Source of the DNA: an uncultured Clostridium sp.
Lineage (GTDB): Bacteria > Bacillota > Clostridia > TANB77 > CAG-508
Direction: 5' to 3'
Length of the DNA stretch: 39,065 nt
NCBI GenBank assembly: GCA_947653375.1
Contig: CANTHA010000003.1
Span: 1 to 39,065 of the forward strand
The position numbers and the translations under genes were made by a program. The notes beneath the pieces are model-generated. The model was given only the letters and a program-made list of their open reading frames with translations, was not told the origin of the DNA and ran no database searches. Each line of letters opens with the position of its first letter. The first letter of the stretch is position 1. Shown here piece by piece: positions 30,045 through 39,065 of the stretch.

Positions 30045-30395
30045 TTATTGTTCATTCACATTATCAATTATATCTTTACATTCCTTCCAACTTATAACAT
30101 TCAAACAATCATATTCTTCAGATATTTTTTTAGCAATTTCCTTAGTTCTATCTTTTGATTTCAAATCTGCCACTATTATATTTTTAAAATACTCTTCTTT
30201 ACCGTAAAAAATTTTAAATAAACTTGAACGCAAGAAATATTCAATTTTATCTTCTTGATTTTTAACCGCTATTATCAGATAAATCCCGTCTGACTTCAAA
30301 TCTGTATATGTATATAAATATATTATATTTTTAATAACTTCAAATAACCCATACAAAGCTAATGTCCAAAATATAGTATTCATTAGAAATTCCAT
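30045..30395 (-). CDS. Hypothetical membrane protein with a glycosyltransferase-2-like fragment
   Basis: N-terminal TM helix; IIAVKNQEDKIE and IIVADLKSKDRTKEI resemble the GT2 N-terminal region. Confidence 0.7.
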   Translation of the reverse strand: MEFLMNTIFWTLALYGLFEVIKNIIYLYTYTDLKSDGIYLIIAVKNQEDKIEYFLRSSLFKIFYGKEEYFKNIIVADLKSKDRTKEIAKKISEEYDCLNVISWKECKDIIDNVNEQ

Positions 30396-30460
30396 TATTT
30401 TAGCCTCCTGCTTTATTATATGTTTTTTTGTATTTTAAGTGATTTATCATTTAATATAAT

Positions 30461-30952
30461 TTATTTAAATTGTTTTTTTACTTCTTTATAATCTTTCATA
30501 TATTTTTCTACCAAATCCCAAAACTTTTTAGAGTGATTCATATACTTTAAATGGCACAATTCATGTAATATGACATATCTTATAGCTTCATTACTATATT
30601 TTATTAATTCTGTATTAATTGTTATATTTTTCTTACTAGAACAACTTCCCCAAGCATATTTTATCTTTTTTATTCTAATTTTATCTGGTACTAATCCTGT
30701 CTTATCTATTAAGTCATTTGCATTTTTCTCTACTATCTCTTTAAATTCTTCAATAGTATATAATGGATATTTTTCCATTCTTTCTTTTGATTTTTTTAAT
30801 GTTATTTCAATCCATTCAGATTTTTCTTTTACTAATGTTTCTATTTTCTTTTTTGATGTTCCTTTAGGTGCTTTTATAACAACTTTATTATCTTTTATAG
30901 TTATATATATGTTCTTAATATTAGAATATATAGTTGTATATTGTTGTTCCAT
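30461..30952 (-). CDS. YgjP/DUF45 (M48-like) metallopeptidase family protein, short form
   Basis: WGSCS, YVILHELCHL, NHSKKFW. Confidence 0.9.
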   Translation of the reverse strand: MEQQYTTIYSNIKNIYITIKDNKVVIKAPKGTSKKKIETLVKEKSEWIEITLKKSKERMEKYPLYTIEEFKEIVEKNANDLIDKTGLVPDKIRIKKIKYAWGSCSSKKNITINTELIKYSNEAIRYVILHELCHLKYMNHSKKFWDLVEKYMKDYKEVKKQFK

Positions 30953-31041
30953 TTTTTACATATCCTCATTTTCTTTCTATAATTATTTCAATATAAAAAA
31001 AGATGTCTACATTTTTGCAGTTCATCTTCTTTTATATTTTC

Positions 31042-31578
31042 TTAAATTAATTGTAATATTGCTACTTCTGCTCCATCACCTTTTCTTGGTCCTACTTTTA
31101 TAATTCTTGTATAACCACCTATATTTTTATCAGCATATTTTGGAGCTATTTCATTAAATAATTTAGATGGCAAATCAATATTATTACCTTCACTATCTTT
31201 TGCTTTATTTAATGTTTTCATCATTTTTCTTCTAGCATTTAGTCTTGTTGGCATATCTTTTTGTCTTTTTTCAGTAGTTTCTTCTTTAACTACTTTTAAA
31301 TATTCTTTACCATTTTTACTTTTAACTAATTCAGTTTCTTTATTTCCTTTAGAATCTAGTTTTGCTTTAACTACTTTTGTATCTACCATTTCAAAATTAT
31401 CTTTTTCTTTGATTGCTAAAGCTATTAAACTATCTGCTATAGGTTTAACTTCTTTTGCTCTTGCTAAAGTTGTTTCTATTTTTTCATGAATCATTAAATC
31501 AGTAGTTAATGTTCTTAACATTGCTTTTCTAGCATCTGTTGGTTTTCCTAATTTTCTATTTATAGCCAATTTTTTCAC
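31042..31578 (-). CDS. rplQ: 50S ribosomal protein L17 (long form with internal insertion)
   Basis: RKLG, IETTLARAKEV, GGYTRIIKVGPRKGDGAE; follows rpoA. Confidence 0.96.
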   Translation of the reverse strand: MKKLAINRKLGKPTDARKAMLRTLTTDLMIHEKIETTLARAKEVKPIADSLIALAIKEKDNFEMVDTKVVKAKLDSKGNKETELVKSKNGKEYLKVVKEETTEKRQKDMPTRLNARRKMMKTLNKAKDSEGNNIDLPSKLFNEIAPKYADKNIGGYTRIIKVGPRKGDGAEVAILQLI

Positions 31579-31622
31579 CCTCCTCTTTACTATTTTCGTA
31601 ATTAGACTTTATATTTTTTATA

Positions 31623-32570
31623 TTAATCGTCTTCTTTTGCAAAATCCAATCCTAATGAATGTAATTTTGCTGTTACTTCATCAAAAGATTTTTTACCTAG
31701 ATTTCTTACTTTTAACATATCTGTTTCAGATTTAGCTGTTAAATCTTCAACTGTAGATATCCCAGCTCTTTTTAAGCAATTAAAAGATCTTACAGACAAT
31801 TCTAATTCTTCTATTGACATTTCTAGTACTTTTTCTTTTTTATCTTCTTCTTTTTCTATCATAACTTGTGTATTTTTAGTAGCTTCTGATAAATCAATAA
31901 ATAATTCTAAATGACCTGTCATTACTTTTGCTGCTAAACTTAATGCTTCATGCGCTTTTAGGCTTCCATCTGTCCATACTTCAATAATAAGTTTATCATA
32001 ATCAACCATTTGACCAACTCTAGTATTTTCAACTTGATAGTTTACTTTTTTTACTGGTGTATAAATTGAATCAATTGGAAGAACAGATATATCCTGATTA
32101 GATTTTTTATTTTTTTCTGCAGAATTGTAACCTCTTCCTTTATCAGCTGTCATTTCAATTTTTAAACTTCCACCTTTTGATACTGTTGCAATATGTAAAT
32201 CTGGATTTAAAATTTCTACAGTTCCATCTGTTTCTATATCTGCTGCTGTAACTTCACCCTCATCTTTAAAATTAATTCTTAAAACTTTTTCTTCATTTTC
32301 ATCAAATTTTAATCTTACATTTTTTAAGTTAATAATTATTTCTGGTACATCTTCTACAACATTTGGTATTGTAGAAAACTCATGTAATACTCCATCTATT
32401 TTTACTCCTGTTATAGCACATCCTGGAAGAGATGAAAGTAATATTCTTCTTAATGAATTTCCTATGGTTATTCCATAACCTCTTTCTAATGGCTCACATA
32501 CAAATTTAGCATAATTATTTACATCATTTACTTCTAGACATTCGATATTTGGCTTTTCAAATTCTATCAT
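31623..32570 (-). CDS. rpoA: RNA polymerase alpha subunit
   Basis: [35 protein letters not shown]. Confidence 0.99.
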   Translation of the reverse strand: MIEFEKPNIECLEVNDVNNYAKFVCEPLERGYGITIGNSLRRILLSSLPGCAITGVKIDGVLHEFSTIPNVVEDVPEIIINLKNVRLKFDENEEKVLRINFKDEGEVTAADIETDGTVEILNPDLHIATVSKGGSLKIEMTADKGRGYNSAEKNKKSNQDISVLPIDSIYTPVKKVNYQVENTRVGQMVDYDKLIIEVWTDGSLKAHEALSLAAKVMTGHLELFIDLSEATKNTQVMIEKEEDKKEKVLEMSIEELELSVRSFNCLKRAGISTVEDLTAKSETDMLKVRNLGKKSFDEVTAKLHSLGLDFAKEDD

Positions 32571-32665
32571 TTTTACCTCCTAATATTAGAGATCTAATCT
32601 CTTATAACCTTAATAGGTTTTCATAAGTAAAATTTTAAAAGTTTTAATTAACTCTTTACTATTTA

Positions 32666-33292
32666 TTATTTTGAGTAAAGCTCTACAATTAAATGTTCTT
32701 CAATTGGAATATCTATATCTTCTCTAGACGCCAATCTAATAACTTTTCCACTTAATTTTTCGTTGTCTTTTTCTAACCAAGCTGGTACTGGTCTTTTTGA
32801 GTTCTCTTCTGCATTGATTTTTATAGTTGCATTATTGCTTTTGCTTTCTCTTACTGTAACTACATCTCCTGGTTTTACTAAATATGAAGGAATATCAACT
32901 CTTTTTCCATTTACTTCAAATTGAGCATGATTTACAAATTGTCTTGCTTGTGCTCTTGATGATCCATATCCTAAACGATATACTACATTATCTAATCTAC
33001 TTTCTAGTATTTGTAATAGGTTTTCACCTGTTACTCCTTTTTTATTAGAAGCCATATCAAAATATTTTCTAAATTGTTTTTCTCCTACTCCATAATAAGC
33101 TTTTGTTTTTTGTTTTTCTCTTAACTGTGTTCCATATTCTGAAAGTTTAGCTCTTTTTTGTCCATGTTCACCTGGTGCATAATTTCTTCTAGCTACACTA
33201 CATTTATCTGTATAACATCTTTCTCCTTTTAAGAACAATTTTTGCCCTTCTCTACGGCATCTACGACATTGTTCATCTTTATATCTTGCCAT
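32666..33292 (-). CDS. rpsD: 30S ribosomal protein S4 (zinc-binding type)
   Basis: [38 protein letters not shown]. Confidence 0.99.
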   Translation of the reverse strand: MARYKDEQCRRCRREGQKLFLKGERCYTDKCSVARRNYAPGEHGQKRAKLSEYGTQLREKQKTKAYYGVGEKQFRKYFDMASNKKGVTGENLLQILESRLDNVVYRLGYGSSRAQARQFVNHAQFEVNGKRVDIPSYLVKPGDVVTVRESKSNNATIKINAEENSKRPVPAWLEKDNEKLSGKVIRLASREDIDIPIEEHLIVELYSK

Positions 33293-33364
33293 TTTTTTAC
33301 TCCTTTCAATTATTTAAGGTTTACGCATGAGTTATTTATAACTCGCTTCACTTGTACAATTAAC

Positions 33365-33760
33365 TTACACTCTTCTTCTTTTTGGTGGTCTACATCCATT
33401 ATGTGGTATTGGTGTTACGTCTTTTATTGCACTTATTTCAAGTCCAGCTGTTTGAAGTGCTCTTATTGCAGCTTCTCTTCCTGAACCTGGTCCTTTTACA
33501 AATACTTCTACTGTTTTTAGTCCATGTTCCATTGCAGCTTTTGCAGCTGTTTCTGCAACTTGACCTGCTGCATATGGTGTGCTTTTTCTAGATCCTTTAA
33601 ATCCTAATTCTCCTGCACTTCCCCAAGAAATTGCATTTCCTTGTGTATCTGTAATTGTAACTATTGTATTATTAAAACTAGAATGAATATGAGCTGCACC
33701 TTTTTCAATGTTTTTTCTATTTCTTCTAGCTACTTTTTTTGTTGTTACACTTTTAGCCAT
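33365..33760 (-). CDS. rpsK: 30S ribosomal protein S11
   Basis: [30 protein letters not shown]; start set at MAKS. Confidence 0.99.
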   Translation of the reverse strand: MAKSVTTKKVARRNRKNIEKGAAHIHSSFNNTIVTITDTQGNAISWGSAGELGFKGSRKSTPYAAGQVAETAAKAAMEHGLKTVEVFVKGPGSGREAAIRALQTAGLEISAIKDVTPIPHNGCRPPKRRRV

Positions 33761-33824
33761 TTTGCTCTTTTCCTCCTTATCCAAAATTTTTATTTGAATT
33801 TTTATTTTTTACAATTGATTTCAA

Positions 33825-34190
33825 TTATTTTTTGCTTTTACTAACTAATTTTCTAGGACCTTTTCTTGTTCTAGCATTTGTTTTTGTTCTTTGCCCTCTT
33901 ACTGGAAGACCTCTTCTATGTCTTAAACCTCTATAACATCCTATTTCAGTTAATCTTTTAATGTTAAGAGCAACTTCTCTTCTTAAATCACCTTCAACTG
34001 TATATTCATCAATTGCTTTTCTTATATCATTTACTTGATTATCTGTTAAATCTTTTATTCTAGTGTCAGGATTAATTCCAGTTTTTTCAAGAATTTTTCT
34101 AGAACTTGATACTCCTATTCCATAAATATATGTAAGTCCTATTTCTACTCTCTTTTCTTTTGGTAAATCCACTCCTGCTATACGAGCCAT
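33825..34190 (-). CDS. rpsM: 30S ribosomal protein S13
   Basis: [28 protein letters not shown]; start set at 34190. Confidence 0.99.
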   Translation of the reverse strand: MARIAGVDLPKEKRVEIGLTYIYGIGVSSSRKILEKTGINPDTRIKDLTDNQVNDIRKAIDEYTVEGDLRREVALNIKRLTEIGCYRGLRHRRGLPVRGQRTKTNARTRKGPRKLVSKSKK

Positions 34191-34403
34191 ATTTCTTTGC
34201 ACCTCCATTAAATTTTTCGAAGGACATAGTATTTTATTTTTATGCCCTTTATATAATTGTCCAAAATACCTAAAGGTGAAATGCACTAGAGTGCTATTAC
34301 TCTAGTCTTTAAGTATTTTTTAACATATATAGAAACACAAACTGATATTTTTCCATTTTGGAACAGCCGCTACCAAATTTGTGTTGTCAACTAAATTATA
34401 AAA

Positions 34404-34517
34404 TTATCCTTGTCTTTGTTTGTGTTTTGGGTTTTCACATATTACCCTAATTTTACCTTTTCTTTTAATTATTTTGCATTTATCACATATTTTTTTTACT
34501 GAAGCTCTTACTTTCAT
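34404..34517 (-). CDS. rpmJ: 50S ribosomal protein L36 (absent from the ORF track)
   Basis: Manual translation [37 protein letters not shown] with GGAGG RBS. Confidence 0.98.
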   Translation of the reverse strand: MKVRASVKKICDKCKIIKRKGKIRVICENPKHKQRQG

Positions 34518-34660
34518 TATTTGCACCTCCTTATTTTATTGAATATTAGGTCAATTATTTGTTATTTGTAATATTATAAAATTCTATTTTGCTCTCCAAG
34601 TAAAAAAAATATGTGATAAATGCAAAATAATTAAAAGAAAAGGTAAAATTAGGGTAATAT
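34439..34660. repeat. Perfect 62-bp inverted repeat (rpmJ segment copied into infA)
   Basis: 34439-34500 is the exact reverse complement of 34599-34660; 98-nt spacer. Confidence 0.95.
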
Positions 34661-34798
34661 TTTAATATAATTCATTCTTAATTTTCCTGATATATGAGCT
34701 AATATTTGATGTCCATTTTCTAGCTCTACTTTAAAGTTTGTATTTGGTAAAGCTTCAACTACTGTACCTTCTACTTCTATAACATCTTCTTTTGCCAA
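34584..34798 (-). pseudogene. infA: Translation initiation factor IF-1, disrupted as assembled
   Basis: TTG start, [11 protein letters not shown]...[15 protein letters not shown] then TAA at 34651-34649; the native tail TWRAK-TAG survives at 34601-34584. Confidence 0.9.
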
Positions 34799-34884
34799 TT
34801 TCCATACCTCCTATATAGAGTTTTTACTTATAAATATGCAAATTTTGGCATTTTGCATAATAACTATTGCATTATATAACAATT

Positions 34885-35655
34885 TTAAAGTATTGTCAAT
34901 ATTTCTGGCTCTTTTTCTGTAATTAAAATTGTATTTTCATAATGTGCTGACAAACTACCATCTTCTGTGACTATTGTCCAACCATCATTTAATTCTAAAA
35001 TATTTGGTTTTCCCTGTATTACCATAGGTTCTACAGCTAATGTCATACCTGGCTCTAATCTAATTCCTCTTCCTGCTTTTCCGTAATTTGGTATTCCTGG
35101 GTCTTCATGCATTTCTTTACCAATTCCATGACCTTGAAATTCTCTTATTACAGAATATCCTTGAGAATGTACATATTCACCTATTGCATGACTTATATCT
35201 CCTACTCTATATCCTGGTTTTGCATATTTAATTCCTTCAAAAAATGCTTGTTTAGTTATATCTACTAATCTCTTTGTTTCTTTTGAAGCATTTCCAATTA
35301 TAAATGTTCTAGCAGCATCACCATTATACCCGTTTTTTAATGCTACTGTATCTATACTTACAATGTCTCCATCTTTTATAATTTTATTTTTTGATGGAAT
35401 TCCATGAATAACTTCATCATTTATTGAAATACAAATTGAAGCTGGAAAAGGAGGAATTCCTTTTATTCCTATATCATATCCTTTTTCTGCTGGAACTGCT
35501 CCTAAACTTCTTATTGCCTTTTCTGCAATTTCGTCAACTTCCCATGTAGACATTCCAGGTTTTATTTTATTTTCAATTTCCTTATACATTATTGCTACAA
35601 CTTTACATGCTTCTTTCATATATTCAATTTCTTTTTTTGACTTTATAGTTACCAT
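34885..35655 (-). CDS. map: Methionine aminopeptidase type I
   Basis: CISINDEVIHGIP, GHGIGKEMHEDP, AVEPM, SAHYENT. Confidence 0.98.
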   Translation of the reverse strand: MVTIKSKKEIEYMKEACKVVAIMYKEIENKIKPGMSTWEVDEIAEKAIRSLGAVPAEKGYDIGIKGIPPFPASICISINDEVIHGIPSKNKIIKDGDIVSIDTVALKNGYNGDAARTFIIGNASKETKRLVDITKQAFFEGIKYAKPGYRVGDISHAIGEYVHSQGYSVIREFQGHGIGKEMHEDPGIPNYGKAGRGIRLEPGMTLAVEPMVIQGKPNILELNDGWTIVTEDGSLSAHYENTILITEKEPEILTIL

Positions 35656-35681
35656 ACATTATCATCTCCTAAAATGTATTG

Positions 35682-36341
35682 CTACTTAGAATTAATATAA
35701 GTTACTATATCTTCTGCTACATCTTCTCCTAATTTGTTTATTTCTTTACTAACTGTAGCTGTAAACAATATTCCTTTTTTTTCATAGTATTCAACAAGTG
35801 TGCTTGTCTCACTAAAATAGTTTTCTAATCTTGATTTTATTGTATCTTCATTATCATCTTTTCTTTGAATTAGTTTATGACCACATTTGTCACATTTTCC
35901 TTCTTCTTTAGGAGGTGATAAAATAAGATTATAAATAGATTTACATTCTATACAAACTCTTCTATTTGTAATTCTTTCTATTATTTCATCTTCAGGTGTT
36001 GTTAAATTAATTACCATATTAACTTTTTTTTGATCTTTCTGTAATATTTTATCTAATGCTTCTGCTTGTTTTATTGTTCTTGGAAATCCATCTAATATTA
36101 TTCCTTTTTGTACATCTTTTTCTTTTAATCTTTCAGTTACTATATCTATAGTAACTTCATCTGGCACTAACTGCCCTTTTTCTATATATTCTTTTGATAA
36201 AATTCCTAGTTTAGTTCCCTCTTTTATATTTTTTCTGAAAATATCCCCTGTTGATACTTGTGGAATATTCAACTTTTTAGATAATATTCCTGCAACTGTT
36301 CCTTTACCTGTTCCAGGTGCACCTAACATTATGATTATCAT
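35682..36341 (-). CDS. adk: Adenylate kinase (zinc-lid type)
   Basis: GAPGTGKGT, STGDIFR, LDGFPRT, CxxC...CxxC lid. Confidence 0.98.
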   Translation of the reverse strand: MIIIMLGAPGTGKGTVAGILSKKLNIPQVSTGDIFRKNIKEGTKLGILSKEYIEKGQLVPDEVTIDIVTERLKEKDVQKGIILDGFPRTIKQAEALDKILQKDQKKVNMVINLTTPEDEIIERITNRRVCIECKSIYNLILSPPKEEGKCDKCGHKLIQRKDDNEDTIKSRLENYFSETSTLVEYYEKKGILFTATVSKEINKLGEDVAEDIVTYINSK

Positions 36342-36433
36342 AAATACACTCCTCTACTTTTTTAGGTTATTTAATAACCTTTATAATATATATATATATA
36401 ATATACATTATAAAAATTATTAAACATTTATAA

Positions 36434-36525
36434 AACATGTACGAAATTTCAGCTATTATCAGTTATTAAAATATATATTTATTATATTCTAATATCTGAT
36501 AACAGATGAAATTTTCGTTCATGTT
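36434..36525. repeat. Long imperfect inverted repeat between secY and adk
   Basis: aacatgtacgaaatttcagctattatcagttatta pairs imperfectly with taatatctgataacagatgaaattttcgttcatgtt. Confidence 0.7.
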
Positions 36526-36535
36526 AATATTAATC

Positions 36536-37855
36536 TTATTCTAAAAATCCTTTATAATGTCTCATAGCAAGTTGAGATTCTAATTGTTGTACTGTTTCTA
36601 ATGCTACTCCTACAACAATTAATATAGATGTACCACCAAAAGCAATATTTAAATTTGTAAATCTTAATAACATTGGTATAATAGCTATTAATGCTAAAAA
36701 GAATCCTCCAAACCATGTTAATTTAGATATTATTGATGATAAGTATTCTGTAGTTGGTTTTCCAGCTCTTATTCCTGGTATAAACCCTCCATTTTTCTTA
36801 ATATTATTTGATACTTCTGCTGGATTAAATGTTGCATAAGTATAGAAAAATGTAAATCCTATAATCAATAATAGGTAAACAAGTGCATTTGCTACTGAAT
36901 AACCAATTCCTACATTTGATGTAGATGTAGCAATTGAAAAATTATATAGACCTGCTAAAAATCCTGCTTTATTTGCTATATCTGGTACAAACATTTGTAT
37001 AATCATTGCTGGAAATGTCATAAATGATGAAGCAAAAATTACTGGCATAACTCCTGCCATAGCAAGTTTTAATGGAATATGTGTACTTTGTGCTCCTACC
37101 ATTTTTCTTCCAACTACTTTTTTAGAATATTGAACTGGAACTCTTCTTTCTGCTTGTTGTACAAATACTACTCCTGCAACTAATATTGCAGCACCTATTA
37201 TTATTCCAATAGCTATTAGTAATCCTGTTGTACTAAATCCTGAATCTGTCATAATTATTTGCCAAAGAGTAGAAATTCCTGCTGGTAATCTTGAAACAAT
37301 ACCTATGAAGATTAATAATGAAATTCCATTTCCAATACCTTTACTTGTTATTTGTTCTCCTAACCACATTAAAATTGCTGTTCCTGCAACTAAAGACACA
37401 ACTACTAATGCTCCTGTTAGGAAATTTGTACTAACAAATATTCCTGAACTTTTATATCCTAAGAATAATCCTGTAGCTTCTACTAAAGCTAATACTACAG
37501 TTAAAATTTTTGTATATTTGTTTATTTTTTGTCTTCCTTCTTCTCCACCTTCTTTTGTTAGTTTCTCTAAAGATGGAATAATCATCGCTAATAATTGAAT
37601 AACAATAGAAGCTGTTATATAAGGGCTGATTGACATTGCAAATACAGAAAATCTTGAAAAAGCTCCTCCTGAAATCATGTCAATTAATCCTGCTAATCCA
37701 TTTTGGCTTCCCATTGCTTCATTTAATGCTATACTATTTATTCCTGGTACAGTAATATAGCATCCTAATCTAAAAACTATAATTAATATTAATGTATAAA
37801 ATAATCTTTTTCTTACATCGGGTGTTTTTAATGCATTTTTAATAGTTTTGAACAT
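36536..37855 (-). CDS. secY: Preprotein translocase subunit SecY
   Basis: SISPYITASIVIQLL, WLGEQITSKGIGNGISL, FIPGIRAG, GGTSILIVVGV. Confidence 0.99.
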   Translation of the reverse strand: MFKTIKNALKTPDVRKRLFYTLILIIVFRLGCYITVPGINSIALNEAMGSQNGLAGLIDMISGGAFSRFSVFAMSISPYITASIVIQLLAMIIPSLEKLTKEGGEEGRQKINKYTKILTVVLALVEATGLFLGYKSSGIFVSTNFLTGALVVVSLVAGTAILMWLGEQITSKGIGNGISLLIFIGIVSRLPAGISTLWQIIMTDSGFSTTGLLIAIGIIIGAAILVAGVVFVQQAERRVPVQYSKKVVGRKMVGAQSTHIPLKLAMAGVMPVIFASSFMTFPAMIIQMFVPDIANKAGFLAGLYNFSIATSTSNVGIGYSVANALVYLLLIIGFTFFYTYATFNPAEVSNNIKKNGGFIPGIRAGKPTTEYLSSIISKLTWFGGFFLALIAIIPMLLRFTNLNIAFGGTSILIVVGVALETVQQLESQLAMRHYKGFLE

Positions 37856-38290
37856 TTAAATCACCTCTGCCTTTCCGCCTAAAGCTTCAATTTCTTCTTT
37901 TGCTTTTTTCGTAAATCTTTTGGCTTTTATATTTATTTTTTTATCTAATTTTCCTGTTGCTAAAACAACAATACCATCATTTATTTTTCCAATAATTCCT
38001 TCTTCTAATAGAGTTTCAGCTGTAACATCTGTATTTTTAACTTTATTTAACATCTTAAATGTTACTTCTGTGTATGTATTAGCATTGAAATTCTTGAATC
38101 CTCTTTTTGGTAATCTTCTATATAATGGTGTTTGACCACCTTCAAATCCTCTTCTTACTCCTCCACCAGATCTTGCTTTTTGTCCTTTATGTCCTCTTCC
38201 TGATGTTTTTCCATTTCCTGAAGCCATTCCACGTCCAACTCTATTTCTAGTTGCTTTTTTTGTTCCAGGCTTTAATTCACCTAATTTCAT
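37856..38290 (-). CDS. rplO: 50S ribosomal protein L15
   Basis: [34 protein letters not shown]. Confidence 0.99.
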   Translation of the reverse strand: MKLGELKPGTKKATRNRVGRGMASGNGKTSGRGHKGQKARSGGGVRRGFEGGQTPLYRRLPKRGFKNFNANTYTEVTFKMLNKVKNTDVTAETLLEEGIIGKINDGIVVLATGKLDKKINIKAKRFTKKAKEEIEALGGKAEVI

Positions 38291-38414
38291 CTATCCTTTG
38301 CACCTCCTCTTTTTAAGTTAGCTATTGAGGCTTTTCCAATTACAGATAACTTATGCAAAATTCATAAGCATTTTGTAACTTTATTTTTCTACCTCTTAAC
38401 TATGTTTTTTATGT

Positions 38415-38900
38415 TTATAAAATTTCTTCTACTTTTTTACCTCTTTTTTTAGCTACTTGCTCTACTGTTTGCATTGATTTTAAGCCTTCTATAGTAGCAT
38501 AAACAACGTTTCTTGGATTATTTGTTCCAATAACTTTTGTTCTTATATTTTTGTATCCTGCTAGTTCCATTACTGGTCTAACACTTCCTCCTGCTATGAT
38601 TCCAGTACCTATGGCAGCTGGTTTTAACATTACTTTTGCACTTCCAAATGTTCCTACAAATTCATGTGGTACAGTTGTTTCTACAATTGGTACTTCAACT
38701 AGGTTTTTCTTTGCTTCTTGTATCGCTTTTTTTATTGCATCTGGTACTTCTGATGCTTTACCATTTCCTACACCAACATGACCTTTTTCATCACCAACAA
38801 CTACAACTGCACTAAATCTAAAAGTTCTACCACCTTTTACAACTTTGGCAACTCTGTTGATGGCAACTACTTTTTCTTTTAATTCGCTTTTTTCTTCCAT
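38415..38900 (-). CDS. rpsE: 30S ribosomal protein S5
   Basis: [31 protein letters not shown]. Confidence 0.99.
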   Translation of the reverse strand: MEEKSELKEKVVAINRVAKVVKGGRTFRFSAVVVVGDEKGHVGVGNGKASEVPDAIKKAIQEAKKNLVEVPIVETTVPHEFVGTFGSAKVMLKPAAIGTGIIAGGSVRPVMELAGYKNIRTKVIGTNNPRNVVYATIEGLKSMQTVEQVAKKRGKKVEEIL

Positions 38901-38942
38901 TGTTTTTAGTTTTCCTCCTTTTCTTTTAATTTTTTCTATCTC

Positions 38943-39065
38943 TACAGAATTTCTTTGAAATTCTGTATCTAGTATCTGTAACTCGCTTCGCTCGAACAGC
39001 TTTTTTTGTTTACAGAATTTCTTTGAAATTCTGTATCTAGTATCTGTAACTCGCTTCGCTCGAAC
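38943..39065. repeat. Direct repeat of a 55-bp hairpin-containing unit at the window end
   Basis: 38943-38997 equals 39011-39065; contains tacagaatttc-ttt-gaaattctgta and actcgcttcgctcgaac. Confidence 0.9.

Noticed and set aside
31042-31578. Long internal insertion in L17 as a novelty
   Set aside because: Long L17 proteins with this kind of insertion are familiar in Clostridia; there are no intein motifs.
769-38781. Numerous + strand ORFs antisense to housekeeping genes (e.g. 3891-4403, 16225-16884, 19645-20232, 30570-31103)
   Set aside because: Shadow frames of AT-rich coding sequence, rich in F/S/I/L and with no recognisable motifs.
38943-39065. CRISPR array
   Set aside because: Only two 55-bp units with a 13-nt gap, no series of unique spacers and no cas genes.

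Overview
Very AT-rich chromosomal segment of a spore-forming Clostridia-type Firmicute, with almost all genes on the - strand. In transcription order (right to left) it holds: the distal spc/alpha ribosomal cluster (rpsE-rplO-secY-adk-map-infA-rpmJ-rpsM-rpsK-rpsD-rpoA-rplQ, with no rpmD); small accessory genes; tcdA-recD2-[REP-associated tyrosine transposase]-comF-spoVT; a split cell-wall/division cluster (murE-mraY-spoVE/ftsW-murG-WalK-like kinase, an interruption containing asnS, then murA-ftsQ-DUF881 x2-sbp-ftsA-ftsZ); and spoIIGA-sigE-[insert]-sigG-hypothetical-ylmC. Strongest signal: two unrelated conserved genes (spoVE/ftsW and recD2) are broken by the same lesion, one extra C immediately before a conserved GGA Gly codon. 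This creates an in-frame CGG, and the conserved C-terminus continues intact in the +1 frame. By my manual scan these are the only in-frame CGG codons in the conserved genes, which suggests a lineage-specific +1 recoding rule at CGG-A, although only two cases are visible. Other signals are a RAYT with a dispersed 41-bp REP-like element that overlaps stop codons and borders inserted genes, an infA whose core is overwritten by a 62-bp inverted copy of rpmJ (possibly an assembly artefact), a four-hexamer WalR-type box at the ftsAZ promoter, and several structured intergenic elements. All calls come from reading the sequence by eye; no searches were run.
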